Shown here: piece after piece, positions 20,301 to 28,508 of the stretch
How positions within the stretch are numbered: the first letter of the stretch is position 1
Layout: every line of letters begins with the position of its first letter
Source of the DNA: Bacillota bacterium
GTDB taxonomy: Bacteria; Bacillota; Clostridia; Christensenellales; Aristaeellaceae
DNA: 64,000 nt
NCBI GenBank assembly: GCA_023392515.1
Contig: JAEVYX010000017.1
Span: forward strand, 1,344-65,343
Direction of reading: 5' to 3'
Program-made: the position numbers and the translations under genes
Notes under the pieces: model-generated
The model's database searches: none
What the model saw: the letters and a program-made list of their open reading frames with translations, nothing else
Told to the model about the DNA's origin: nothing

Positions 20301-20707
20301 AAGGATTCGGACCGTTTTTTAAAACTCCGGATGAGGCGCAGTTTATCAACAACCTTCGCAACCACCTGATACGCGAGGAGGGGGATGCGCTGTATCTGCT
20401 TCAGGGTGCCGCACAAGGATGGTTTGCTGCCGGGCAAACGCTGCGTTTTGAGCGTATGGCGACATACTTTGGTGTCGTGAGTCTGCACCTGGGCGTTGCG
20501 GAGGATGGCAAAGTTATTGATGTACGGGTGGAAGCAGAGTGGCGCACCGTACCGGGGGAACTGGTGCTGTACCTGCGCACAATTAACGGGGAATCTCCCA
20601 AAGCTGTGCTGCTTAACGGTGCAGAGCTTGGGCTAGAGGCGTATACTGATCAGAAACTAACACTGGCATCCCCCGCACAAGCATTGCATCTGAAAGTTAA
20701 TTACTGA
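17342..20707 (+). CDS. Large (1121 aa) cytoplasmic protein of unrecognised family; possible helical (alpha/alpha)-toroid glycosidase-like C-terminal half
   Basis: ATG 17342 lies 6 nt after AAAGGGAGGA. The ORF is uninterrupted for 3366 nt, with no signal peptide or TM segment. I recognise no catalytic motif. Residues ~650-900 are Trp/Tyr/His-rich helical-repeat-like sequence (YLGYHDYAEKYLHTF..., GLMPHGHLEDNPEWRCWFAVNAHACGGILQAAQVL). Confidence 0.75.
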   Translation: MKHDVRNFNPMPYARLRSYNDSTGKDMTATSIRKDADGAMLCAPLGQKRWQIGFEWDQPRDLLGVSATFAEGSVLPEDWHVEYWHYSWPNEQKDRRAGAHKGWLLTDDAFHGRWLAAYGEQTLDEKGCSVVFDHIDVNEVLCLGGDYPQNLFLSDEYNAMFRRALKFRIVFEGESAPRISGIRLTGDAEIAQDTCLVYTNATGRGEGRCVAVEGIWNGTLFSGQGKVEDFAKLAYTRTVGAKTQADETMLELRVDGTGFAVRAEDIRQGVYMEDYDLLLVPEGMDGDARQIALRLTEGKCSIFDRVPEHKEQTIANAMAEVPEMEKNMQPKYGRYVIMGWEGVRQKFALRFNGDIFANKIEQKVSQRDTAKTRWAANELHFRIATGDPPDRHQHHSDTEQSMPDARVPIYVTRWLDREIEYTQTSFATLMATQDIPVRGDEDIMAMSRFKMRNASSEARVAKLFVELYPGEQLCLDGTSLLAAGRVRPGDTSTYGWTVQPYPDRYLRAQVNCHDRGTMRSVPFTAAGGTSLSMQPQFGFEGYDYNPVRMQPASSIASAMLYEVELGPYETHTLDMFIPYPSLSDREAINDVARRSFEEEYERVTRFWLALAGRGAQIDLPGEPKLNDFAKAVPWHVILTAMRDLRTGFYMVPAGTYGYGSCGNEASLQIRMLDYLGYHDYAEKYLHTFIASQGQGCMDGNFRSQDGALVANNYGGYSDHTTSLFAYNLDHGYILSCLADHYRLTGNREWLMNTAPVLVKACRYIFEERKATMLLDDQGEKVSYYGLMPHGHLEDNPEWRCWFAVNAHACGGILQAAQVLSEIGHPEAVHIMAQAQAYRNDIRECVTRAMAKSPAVPTGNGGYMPHVPTQAEIRGRDWGWFREVAYGPLHLVTGQVLDPYENMTTWILRDQEDNLFLSRDYGRAVDRDKYWFSRGGMTIQSNLLFNDLIYLRRGESARAIRGLFNNFAQNLYRDVNCFSEHPITDFGKGFGPFFKTPDEAQFINNLRNHLIREEGDALYLLQGAAQGWFAAGQTLRFERMATYFGVVSLHLGVAEDGKVIDVRVEAEWRTVPGELVLYLRTINGESPKAVLLNGAELGLEAYTDQKLTLASPAQALHLKVNY

Positions 20708-20728
20708 TACACTTCATAAATGCAAGGA

Positions 20729-20765
20729 TGGGCCAAGCGCGAATGCGCAAGGCCCACCCTTTTGC
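20729..20765 (+). terminator. Imperfect hairpin plus T-run after the 1121-aa gene
   Basis: TGGGCCaaGCGC-gaat-GCGCaaGGCCCA is followed by cccTTTTg. Confidence 0.4.
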
Positions 20766-20835
20766 GGTTATTGAAAGCAATCAGCGGTAAATAGAGCATA
20801 TCCGGCGTGTTGCACGGAATGAGCGGATGGGTAAA

Positions 20836-21981
20836 TCAATCCATTACAAAGCTGGTTTTGAATACACGGCAGCCATGCGCCGGAATCTCAAGCGGGTAAT
20901 GCTCGCTGAAAATGCCGGCCTCCTGCTGTGATAGCAAATCGAATAAGCGCAGCTTGATCCCGGCGGGATAAGGGAGACCCAGGTCGGCAAAGATGCAGTC
21001 AATCTCGGCTTCCTCCTCGCCTAGGTTGGCATATACCAGAACCTGCGTATTATCGCTGAGGTGCCTGATAAAGCTGAAGCAATGCTCCTCTTGACAAACG
21101 ATGTACGGCGCACGGCATTCTATATCCTGATTGATTGCCAGCAGTGCCTTGTTCTGCACAAGGCTGCGGCTGTCTGCATCCATTGAGCGGATGTCTGCGC
21201 CCAGAATCAGCGCAGAACCCATGCATGCCCATAGCACAAACTGGGTTGTGTAGTCCTGTGCGGTACAGGCGGTTTCGGCCTTGTTATTGGGGTCCTCAAG
21301 TCCAACATGGCCTTTCCCAAACATGCCTACGGTGAGCATGTCCATATCGTTAAAGCACGGTGCGGCACTTGCGTAATAGCTGTTCAGCTGGCTGTAAGCA
21401 ATAGAAGCCGCGGAGGAGAAGTTATCCAAAATATCATAGGTGGAGCGGTAGCTGTTCGCGCCGACGGAGCGCATCCATTTTTCTGGGGATTCCAGACCCC
21501 AGTTACAAGCGGCAAAAAAAATGTCCCGTCCGCTGGCCCGAAGCGCCATGGCCATGGTCTGGTAGCGCTGGCGGCAATTGGCACTTTTGGGAAAATTACA
21601 AAAATCATATTTCAGGTAATCAATTTGCCATGATGCAAACTGCTTTGCGTCACTGAACTCATGGTCGAACGAACCGGGAAAGCGCCCGCAGGTGCGAGTG
21701 CCCGCACAGGAGTAAATACCCAGTTTGAACCCCTTGCTGTGCACATAGTCTGCCAGGGGACGGATGCCCATAGGGAACTTTTCCGGGTCTGGCACCAATT
21801 GGCCGCTGGCATCCCGCTGAGGCAGCATCCAGCCATCATCCATGATGATGTACTCATAGCCTGCGTCCCGGTAGCCCAAGGCTGCCATGGCATCGACTGT
21901 TTCCCGGATAATGGTGTCACTCAAATTCGGGCCGAAGGTGTTCCAGCTATTCCAGCCCATGGGTGGTGTTTTGGCGTACAT
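20836..21981 (-). CDS. GH27 alpha-galactosidase, cytoplasmic
   Basis: Motifs PPMGWNSWNTF, YEYIIMDDGW and LKYDFCNFP (nucleophile region). The RBS is AAGGAGG. No signal peptide. Confidence 0.85.
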   Translation of the reverse strand: MYAKTPPMGWNSWNTFGPNLSDTIIRETVDAMAALGYRDAGYEYIIMDDGWMLPQRDASGQLVPDPEKFPMGIRPLADYVHSKGFKLGIYSCAGTRTCGRFPGSFDHEFSDAKQFASWQIDYLKYDFCNFPKSANCRQRYQTMAMALRASGRDIFFAACNWGLESPEKWMRSVGANSYRSTYDILDNFSSAASIAYSQLNSYYASAAPCFNDMDMLTVGMFGKGHVGLEDPNNKAETACTAQDYTTQFVLWACMGSALILGADIRSMDADSRSLVQNKALLAINQDIECRAPYIVCQEEHCFSFIRHLSDNTQVLVYANLGEEEAEIDCIFADLGLPYPAGIKLRLFDLLSQQEAGIFSEHYPLEIPAHGCRVFKTSFVMD

Positions 21982-21992
21982 GGGGTACCTCC

Positions 21993-22892
21993 TTATTTTT
22001 CATCTGTAATGTCCGCAAGGCGGATGGGATTGGTCCAGGCGCTGTTGCCTATTTTGTCAATAAGCTGGCAGCGCACAAATGTCTCACCCTGTTGGGCTGT
22101 CAGGTCATAGACGCTGTGGGTCAGGCCATCGCCTTGACGACAACGGCCTGCTACCCATGAAAGATTGCTGTAGAAGATAATGGTATCGACAGGCGAGCAT
22201 TCGATAGAAATACGTTCGCTCGTTGCGCTTAAACGGTAGATGCGCGGTCCTTGGCTGGCATAAAACCGCCGCTCCTCCAACGCCTGAAGAAGAGACTCCT
22301 GCGTAAGCTCCCGCATCTGTACCATCACGTAGCTTTTGCATTGCTCGCCATCGTAATAATGGGCGTCATCTACGGCGACAAGCGGCAGCGCATGTCCGTG
22401 CGCGGCTGCAATATCCACAATGGAGGAGGAATCTGCTCGCAGGCAGTTGCGCGGTGCAGTGGACATGGAGTTGTAGATCTCTATGGCCGAAACATTGTGA
22501 AGGCCCGATATCGTACCTGTGGAAAGCAATGACCACGCCGGGTGAGCGATAATGGCACGGCCTCCTGCGGTACGGATGCCGTCAATGGCATACTGGGGGC
22601 CAAAACGTGGTTCAAGTTTGGACTCCAACCCCTGCGGCAAACAGATGCCCACGATATGCAGCTCTTCGCTGGGCAGTTCATATGCAAGCTCAATGCCGGA
22701 GAGAATAAGCATATTCTCCCTGCGGTGTGTAGGCATGGCAACGGTGTCATGATCCGTGATAGCGACAAAATCATATCCATGCCTGCGATACAAGGCAATT
22801 GCCTCCTCTGGCGAAAGGCGGCCGTCACTTACGGTGGTGTGCATATGCAGGTTGCCCTTCCGGAAGGGAATATCCTGGTCGAAGTATTCCAA
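21993..22892 (-). CDS. PHP-domain metal-dependent phosphoesterase
   Basis: Motifs GNLHMHTTVSDG and DFVAITDHD. The ORF lists ATG 22931, but that overlaps the upstream small ORF by 37 nt. TTG 22892 lies 10 nt after AGGAGG and 2 nt after the upstream stop, so it is preferred. Confidence 0.7.
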   Translation of the reverse strand: MEYFDQDIPFRKGNLHMHTTVSDGRLSPEEAIALYRRHGYDFVAITDHDTVAMPTHRRENMLILSGIELAYELPSEELHIVGICLPQGLESKLEPRFGPQYAIDGIRTAGGRAIIAHPAWSLLSTGTISGLHNVSAIEIYNSMSTAPRNCLRADSSSIVDIAAAHGHALPLVAVDDAHYYDGEQCKSYVMVQMRELTQESLLQALEERRFYASQGPRIYRLSATSERISIECSPVDTIIFYSNLSWVAGRCRQGDGLTHSVYDLTAQQGETFVRCQLIDKIGNSAWTNPIRLADITDEK

Positions 22893-22894
22893 GC

Positions 22895-23137
22895 CTATCG
22901 CTCCTCCTGCCGTTTGGGAAACAGTGCGCAACCCAAGGCGCGGTATTCCTCAATCTTCATACGGATCACATGCTTCTCCACGCCCAGCAGAGCGGCCAGA
23001 CAGGAAATGCAGTAAAACTGCGATATGCCACGCCCCAGCAGCCGCCTGGATATAGCTGTTTCGTCCCGGCTAAGGGGCGTGCGGCATGCTTTGCAAAGGA
23101 TACGGGGCAGTTCGCCGCCGCACGTGGGACGCTTCAT
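22895..23137 (-). CDS. Small (80 aa) Cys-rich, zinc-ribbon-like protein
   Basis: The RBS GGAGGT lies 5 nt before ATG 23137. Cys pairs occur at CGGELPRILCKAC and YCISC. It appears translationally coupled to the PHP gene. Confidence 0.45.
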   Translation of the reverse strand: MKRPTCGGELPRILCKACRTPLSRDETAISRRLLGRGISQFYCISCLAALLGVEKHVIRMKIEEYRALGCALFPKRQEER

Positions 23138-23399
23138 GATCTACCTCCAAGGGCAGCACTTCCATTTGATTATACCTTTGATGTATCCTGGCACAATCCG
23201 CAGTTTCCTACATCGTATCGGGCGTTTTTGACCGGTATGCCCCTGACGGGTAATTGACGATTCATAAGGCGTTAACATCGGAAAGAGGGGATTGAAAAGC
23301 ACATCTTGCTTTTTTTACACTGAGCATAGACAGATTAGCCGCTGCACGGGTGAATGGCGCGCAGGTTATGCTGATGTGAAGGGATGGCGTAAGCAAATA

Positions 23400-24293
23400 A
23401 TGAAGGAATTACATGGCGCAATAGGGGTTACGGTGACTCCGTTTATGCGGGATTGGCAGATTGACCTGGATACTGTTGCAGCGCAGGCCGAACAACTTGC
23501 GGCAAGCGATATCACAGGGATATTCCCCTGTGCCTCCACGGGGGAGTTTCCTAATTTGAGCATGGAGCAGCAGCGCTCCGTATACGCAGCGACACAGAAA
23601 GCGGTAAATGGCCGGAAGACGCTCATTGCCGGCGCTTGCGCGCCGAATCTTAGGCAGGCTGCCGCCTGCGTTCAAATGGCACAGGATTTATGCTACGATG
23701 CCTGCGTTGCATGTCCGCCTTACTATTACCCGCTATCTCAGGAAGAGATATACCTTTTTTACCGCGCCCTGGCAAAAGAATCGGCACTGCCGATCATCCT
23801 ATATCATGTTCCGTTTTTTACCAGCAGTATCAATATTGAAACGGTGGAACGGCTGATGGAGATTCCTAATATTGCGGGTATCAAGGATTCTTCCGCCAAC
23901 ATGAAACGCATAGCACATCTGTGTCAGCTACATACCAAACGGGATGATTTCTTGCTGTATTCCGGTACGGATGATTGCCTGCTGCCTGCGCTTGTAGCCG
24001 GGGTAGATGGCAGTATGACCGCCCTTGGTGCGAGTATGCCCACACTTGTATCCAGAGTCTATAACGAATTTGCACGGGGAGACATCGAGAAGGCCGCTTG
24101 CTACCAAAGGAGGATGATGCCGCTTCTCAAGGCGGCGGATGCACTGCCATTCCCACTGGGCTACAAACTTGTGGCGCAGGCCAGCCTTGGCTTGCCAATG
24201 ACGCAGGCCTATCATCAGATGATGGTTGAAAGTGATGTACAGGCTGCTGGCATGCAAATTGAAGCGCTTGTCAGACAGGCACTTGATTGGTAA
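23400..24293 (+). CDS. DapA/N-acetylneuraminate-lyase-family class I aldolase (2-keto-3-deoxy-sugar-acid aldolase-like)
   Basis: ORF 23292-24293. ATG 23400 gives the family-typical N-terminus MKELHGAIGVTVTPF. Motifs CASTGEF and IAGIKDSS (Schiff-base Lys context) are present. Confidence 0.75.
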   Translation: MKELHGAIGVTVTPFMRDWQIDLDTVAAQAEQLAASDITGIFPCASTGEFPNLSMEQQRSVYAATQKAVNGRKTLIAGACAPNLRQAAACVQMAQDLCYDACVACPPYYYPLSQEEIYLFYRALAKESALPIILYHVPFFTSSINIETVERLMEIPNIAGIKDSSANMKRIAHLCQLHTKRDDFLLYSGTDDCLLPALVAGVDGSMTALGASMPTLVSRVYNEFARGDIEKAACYQRRMMPLLKAADALPFPLGYKLVAQASLGLPMTQAYHQMMVESDVQAAGMQIEALVRQALDW

Positions 24294-24307
24294 GGGATCG
24301 GTTTAAA

Positions 24308-24333
24308 ATAGACGCAGCCTGAGCTGCGTCTAT
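24308..24333. terminator. Perfect hairpin between convergent genes
   Basis: ATAGACGCAGC-ctga-GCTGCGTCTAT. The T-run (TATTTTAAAC) is on the minus-strand side. Confidence 0.65.
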
Positions 24334-24396
24334 ATCGGAAATGAAACTTAAATTCATGCAGAGCTTTCTGCAAATAGATGGAAGCTTGCGGCATAT

Positions 24397-25947
24397 TTAG
24401 TGGCCGGATAGCAGCGATTCCATATTGCTGTTTGTAAAGCTATACCATACAGCATCCTGCTTTTTGTCTTGCTTATCCACGGCTGCATTGTACACATTTG
24501 CTGTAACGGGCGAGCGGTTGACAAAAAAGGAAACGCTGAAATTGTTATTGGCATCGTAATTCGATTGACTGTAAGTCTGCGCTTCAATCGAGCATCCATT
24601 CTTGGTGAATTTCAATGTGCCGAATCCGCCGTCAGCCGCACCGCTGGAATAGGAAAATGTTCCATCCCACTTTAATGCCACAAAGGCCCGGTAAGCAAGA
24701 CCATAGCCGTAAACTGTTCCATCTTGATAGTGCAGAATTTCCACCCCATCATCTTGACCGTTAGCGGTCGCCCATAGGATCACTTCCGGTTTATCGTCGT
24801 GATCAAGATCGGCGAGGGCAAACTGCGAAATTTCCATGGGGACGTTAGTAAACGAACTGATTAGCTGGTTCAGATATAAGGTTTTTTGATCGTCTGTACT
24901 AAAAAAAGTGGCCTTGTTTTGCATCACCGCCTTATACGCACTGAAGGCTGCCTGGTTTGGCACTGCAGTGCCGGGAGCAGGAGAAACTGAGCTGCCAACT
25001 GATAAAAATTCAGCCATGATATAGCCCTGTTGATCGCCTGCTTTTACGTAATACCATTGGCTGGCAGTCTGACCGAGAACAATAGCCGAATCCCCGTCAT
25101 AAAGTTTGCTTTCAACTGCTGCGTTTTGGGATGGTTCTTTGCGCAGGTTAATCCAGCCGCGGGCTTTTTTGTTCTTCACCACAGCTTTTGGTTGTTTGGA
25201 TTGAATACTGTCCGGCTTGGACCCGCGGTACAGATACTCGGATTTCATGTAGCCCGTTTGGCTGCCAATGGTGACCTTTACCCATTCCTTGCTGGGATCA
25301 GACTCACACACGACTTTCGTGCCGGTAAAGAAAAGCCCCATTGAGCTTGCTTCTGCAGATGCTCGTTCTCTCAGATGGACCCGGTCAGAGCTGCGCCCGT
25401 CTATCATTGCTGTCCCATAGGCGGTTCCTGAAGTTGAACCGCTGATCTGCAGATAGTCAGACATTATATACCCGTAAAGATCGTCTGTCTGGACATAGTA
25501 CCATTTTGTGGCGGTCTGGCCAAGTACAGTGACCACATCTTTATTATATAGTTTTCCTGCAACTGCCGAGCGGAGGGAAGGCTCCTGACGCAGGTTAACC
25601 CAACTGCCTCTTTTTATGTTACTTACCACCGCCTCCGGCTGCTTGGGCTGGACGCTGCTTGGATTGGTGCTTCGATACAGAAACTCGGATTTTATGTAGC
25701 CTGTTTGACTGCCGATCATAACCTTGACCCATTCATCGCTGGGGTCAGATGTACACTCGACCTCTGTGCCTGTAAAGTAAAGGCCCAGCGATTTTGATGA
25801 TATGCTGGGGCGCTCTCGCAGATGAACCCGATCTGCTTTCCCACAGTCAATGATAGCCGTACCATGGCCAGCAGCAATTGCCGGGTTTGCGTACATGCAT
25901 GCCATTAATCCAAATAACAGAATAATTGATAGGATTCTCTTTTTCAT
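24397..25947 (-). CDS. Secreted protein with four SH3b-like modules and a C-terminal domain of unknown type
   Basis: ORF 24397-25974. ATG 25947 follows AAAGGAG. MKKRILSIILLFGLMACMYANPAIA looks like a signal peptide. Repeated segments DRVHLRERPS...WVKV.IGSQTGY.KSE.LY and W.NLR.EPS......KLY......VLGQTA..WYYV fit bacterial SH3. Confidence 0.7.
   Translation of the reverse strand: MKKRILSIILLFGLMACMYANPAIAAGHGTAIIDCGKADRVHLRERPSISSKSLGLYFTGTEVECTSDPSDEWVKVMIGSQTGYIKSEFLYRSTNPSSVQPKQPEAVVSNIKRGSWVNLRQEPSLRSAVAGKLYNKDVVTVLGQTATKWYYVQTDDLYGYIMSDYLQISGSTSGTAYGTAMIDGRSSDRVHLRERASAEASSMGLFFTGTKVVCESDPSKEWVKVTIGSQTGYMKSEYLYRGSKPDSIQSKQPKAVVKNKKARGWINLRKEPSQNAAVESKLYDGDSAIVLGQTASQWYYVKAGDQQGYIMAEFLSVGSSVSPAPGTAVPNQAAFSAYKAVMQNKATFFSTDDQKTLYLNQLISSFTNVPMEISQFALADLDHDDKPEVILWATANGQDDGVEILHYQDGTVYGYGLAYRAFVALKWDGTFSYSSGAADGGFGTLKFTKNGCSIEAQTYSQSNYDANNNFSVSFFVNRSPVTANVYNAAVDKQDKKQDAVWYSFTNSNMESLLSGH
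24970..25869 (-). repeat. Intragenic tandem duplication (2 x ~450 nt, each encoding two SH3b-like modules)
   Basis: Protein residues ~36-185 and ~186-335 of the listed ORF align along their full length, e.g. GTAIIDCGKADRVHLRERPS / GTAMIDGRSSDRVHLRERAS and WVKVMIGSQTGYIKSEFLYR / WVKVTIGSQTGYMKSEYLYR. Coordinates are approximate. Confidence 0.7.
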
Positions 25948-26292
25948 AGTCTGCTCCTTTTCCCTGCATCCCAACCAACTTAGGCAGAAGTCATTGAAGC
26001 ATGAATCAACATTAACCTCAAGTATCCCGCTAGAATATAGACGAAGGGTGCCGAAATTTTCTTTCCAGCATTTCTCGCAAACGTAAAATAATGCCTTCGT
26101 TGATGAATGCTATGGTTGTACGGGATATCATCTTCGGCAGTGATTTTTGTCACCATACCGGAGTATATCAAAAAAGCCCGGAAAAGATTGCTTTTCGAGC
26201 TTTTCAGTGGGATGTGGGATATTGATTGATATAAAGACACAGCCAGTGTATGGCAGAAACTAATCAGTCCTCATTAGGCTGCTTTGGCTGTC

Positions 26293-27603
26293 TTAGTAAG
26301 CATCACTCAAGTCTTTTATCACAACAGGCAACAATCCATCCTCATACAAACGATAGATAAGCTCCCCAAACAATGAATTCGCCCAGGCAAACCATGAACG
26401 GGTATACTTCTCCGGATGATTTGGATCAAAGCTCTCATGCATGAAAGAGGTACCGGCATGGGTGGACAATAGCATTTTCAGCAGGGATGAAATCTCCTTT
26501 GTGTCGGTGGATGTCAGAGCCTGTATGCACAGCGAAATGGGCCAAATGTATCCTTCCGGCGTATGGGGGCTGCCCATGCCTTTTGCGTAGTTCCCCCGAT
26601 AATAATAGGGATTGTCGGCGCTGAGCACAAAGGCCCGTGTTCTTGTATATAGCGGATCATTTTTTTCACAAACACCTAAGTATGGCAGTGATAAGAGGCT
26701 GGGGACATTTGCGTCGTCTATCAGGAGGTGATGGCCAAGCCCATCTGCCTCGTAGGCATATATTTCCCCATAAACAGGGTGATATACATGACCGTGGGCC
26801 TCGATGCCTTGTGCAATTTCATCCCTAAAGGTTTTTGCCCTTTGAACAAGCGCCGAATTCCCCTTTAGGCCGGCAAACATTTCAATGATTTGCAGCGCCC
26901 TGATGGCCATTAGATTTGACGGAACCAAATATCCAAAGCGGCAGGCGTCGTCGCTGGGCCGGAAGCCAGACCAAGTCATGCCCGTATAAGCCGTCTCCGC
27001 CCCTTTCCCGCCCCTTGGCAGGGTATCGCTCGGGGCGCAGTTGTCCCGCTCAAAGGTATAGGGACTTTTTTGCTCATGGTGCTGTTCGGTAGAAAAAATA
27101 TCCACAATGAGGGCCATAGCTTGATCAAAGTCCTCATCCATCCAGTGAGTAGTGCCTGACTTTTTGTAGTATGCTTCTGCCAGAAAAACCGGATGGCATA
27201 GGGAGTCAATTTCATATTTGCGCTCCCATACCCAAGGAGATGGCACAGGATGATCGCTGTACTCCCATGTAGGGGCAGGCGCAAGCTTAAACGCGTTGGC
27301 GTATGGGTCGAGCAGGATGTATTTTACCTGCTGTCCAATCAACCCTTCCAAAAAACATGCTGTATCCTTGTCTCCATCCGCGAAACGTATGTAGTGTAGA
27401 GCCTGTGCAGTGGAATCCCTCAGCCACATGGCAGGAATGTCGCCGGTTATGACAAAGGTTCGACCATCCGCCGTCTCACTGACAGTCGTTTCCAGCGTGT
27501 TCAGAAAGCATTTTTCAAACATATCCCCAAGGCCTTCTATGGGCGCCAGCGCAGCTTTTACGTGGGCAATGCGGGCCTGTATCTTTTTTGTGAGTTCCTT
27601 CAT
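26293..27603 (-). CDS. GH125 exo-alpha-1,6-mannosidase-family protein, cytoplasmic
   Basis: ORF 26293-27654; the preferred start is ATG 27603. The hallmark GDIPAMWLRDSTAQ is present and there is no signal peptide. Confidence 0.8.
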   Translation of the reverse strand: MKELTKKIQARIAHVKAALAPIEGLGDMFEKCFLNTLETTVSETADGRTFVITGDIPAMWLRDSTAQALHYIRFADGDKDTACFLEGLIGQQVKYILLDPYANAFKLAPAPTWEYSDHPVPSPWVWERKYEIDSLCHPVFLAEAYYKKSGTTHWMDEDFDQAMALIVDIFSTEQHHEQKSPYTFERDNCAPSDTLPRGGKGAETAYTGMTWSGFRPSDDACRFGYLVPSNLMAIRALQIIEMFAGLKGNSALVQRAKTFRDEIAQGIEAHGHVYHPVYGEIYAYEADGLGHHLLIDDANVPSLLSLPYLGVCEKNDPLYTRTRAFVLSADNPYYYRGNYAKGMGSPHTPEGYIWPISLCIQALTSTDTKEISSLLKMLLSTHAGTSFMHESFDPNHPEKYTRSWFAWANSLFGELIYRLYEDGLLPVVIKDLSDAY

Positions 27604-27668
27604 CGGTGTCCATCCCCGCTTTGTTTCATTTGGGCCGATAGGCATAGATAACAATCAAAAAGTAACTT

Positions 27669-28508
27669 TTATCCCTTCACCGCCCCAGCAGCGATTCCTT
27701 TTACAATATGCTTTTGCATCAGCACATAGAAAATGACAATGGGAATGGTGGAAATTACAAATCCGGCCAGAATCAAATTCCACTGATTGTTATAGGTCCC
27801 GTAAAAATATTGCTGTGACACCGGAAGTGTCATGGGTTTTTTGGTACCGTAGATCAAAAAGGCCACCAGGAATTCTCCCCATACCCACAGGGCATTAAGC
27901 ACTGCCACCGTCGCCATGACCGGGCGCATTAAAGGCAGCACGATAGAGAAAAACATGCGCAGTTTGGAACAGCCGTCAATGGTGGACGCCTCTTCAATTT
28001 CCACTGACATGCCCTTGGCATAACTTCTGAACAGAAAAATTGGCACTGGCATACCCAAGGCAATATAAATCAGCAGCAACCCTGGCAGGTTGCCCGTCAG
28101 ACCCAGTTGTTTGGCAATAATGATCAGGGCTACCATGTACACTTGGAAAGGCACAAAAAGCGTGGACATAATGGCCAGCATCAGCAAATTGGAAAATTTG
28201 TTGTTCCACCTGGCTAGAGAATAGCCGGCCAAGGCTGCGATCAGGCAGGTTAAAGTGGTGGTGGCCGCAACAAGGCAAAGGCTGGTGATAAACGAGGCGA
28301 CAAAGGAGTTATTACCCAGCACCGTGGCATAGTTGTCAAGGTACAGGTTTGAGGGTAAGCTCAAAGCTGAAACCATGATATCGCCCTTGGTTTTGAAGGA
28401 GTTTATGACAACAAAATACAGCGGAGCAGCAAACAGAATGGTCATGATCCAAAGAATGGCTGACCGGAGGGCGTGAAATAACCGGCTTTGAAGCTTGTTT
28501 CTTTTCAT
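27669..28508 (-). CDS. Carbohydrate ABC transporter permease
   Basis: The EAA loop is EEASTIDGCSKLRMFFSIVLPLMRP, with six hydrophobic segments. It overlaps the upstream permease by 4 nt. Confidence 0.9.
   Translation of the reverse strand: MKRNKLQSRLFHALRSAILWIMTILFAAPLYFVVINSFKTKGDIMVSALSLPSNLYLDNYATVLGNNSFVASFITSLCLVAATTTLTCLIAALAGYSLARWNNKFSNLLMLAIMSTLFVPFQVYMVALIIIAKQLGLTGNLPGLLLIYIALGMPVPIFLFRSYAKGMSVEIEEASTIDGCSKLRMFFSIVLPLMRPVMATVAVLNALWVWGEFLVAFLIYGTKKPMTLPVSQQYFYGTYNNQWNLILAGFVISTIPIVIFYVLMQKHIVKGIAAGAVKG

Noticed and set aside
22893-22931. ATG 22931 as the start of the PHP gene
   Set aside because: It would overlap the upstream small ORF by 37 nt and has no RBS. TTG 22892 has AGGAGG at 10 nt. 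This is not fully excluded.
25980-26240. 86-aa minus-strand ORF in the spacer between the SH3b gene and the GH125 gene
   Set aside because: It has no RBS and an odd composition. It lies in a region that more plausibly holds the SH3b gene promoter and the 3' end of the GH125 operon.
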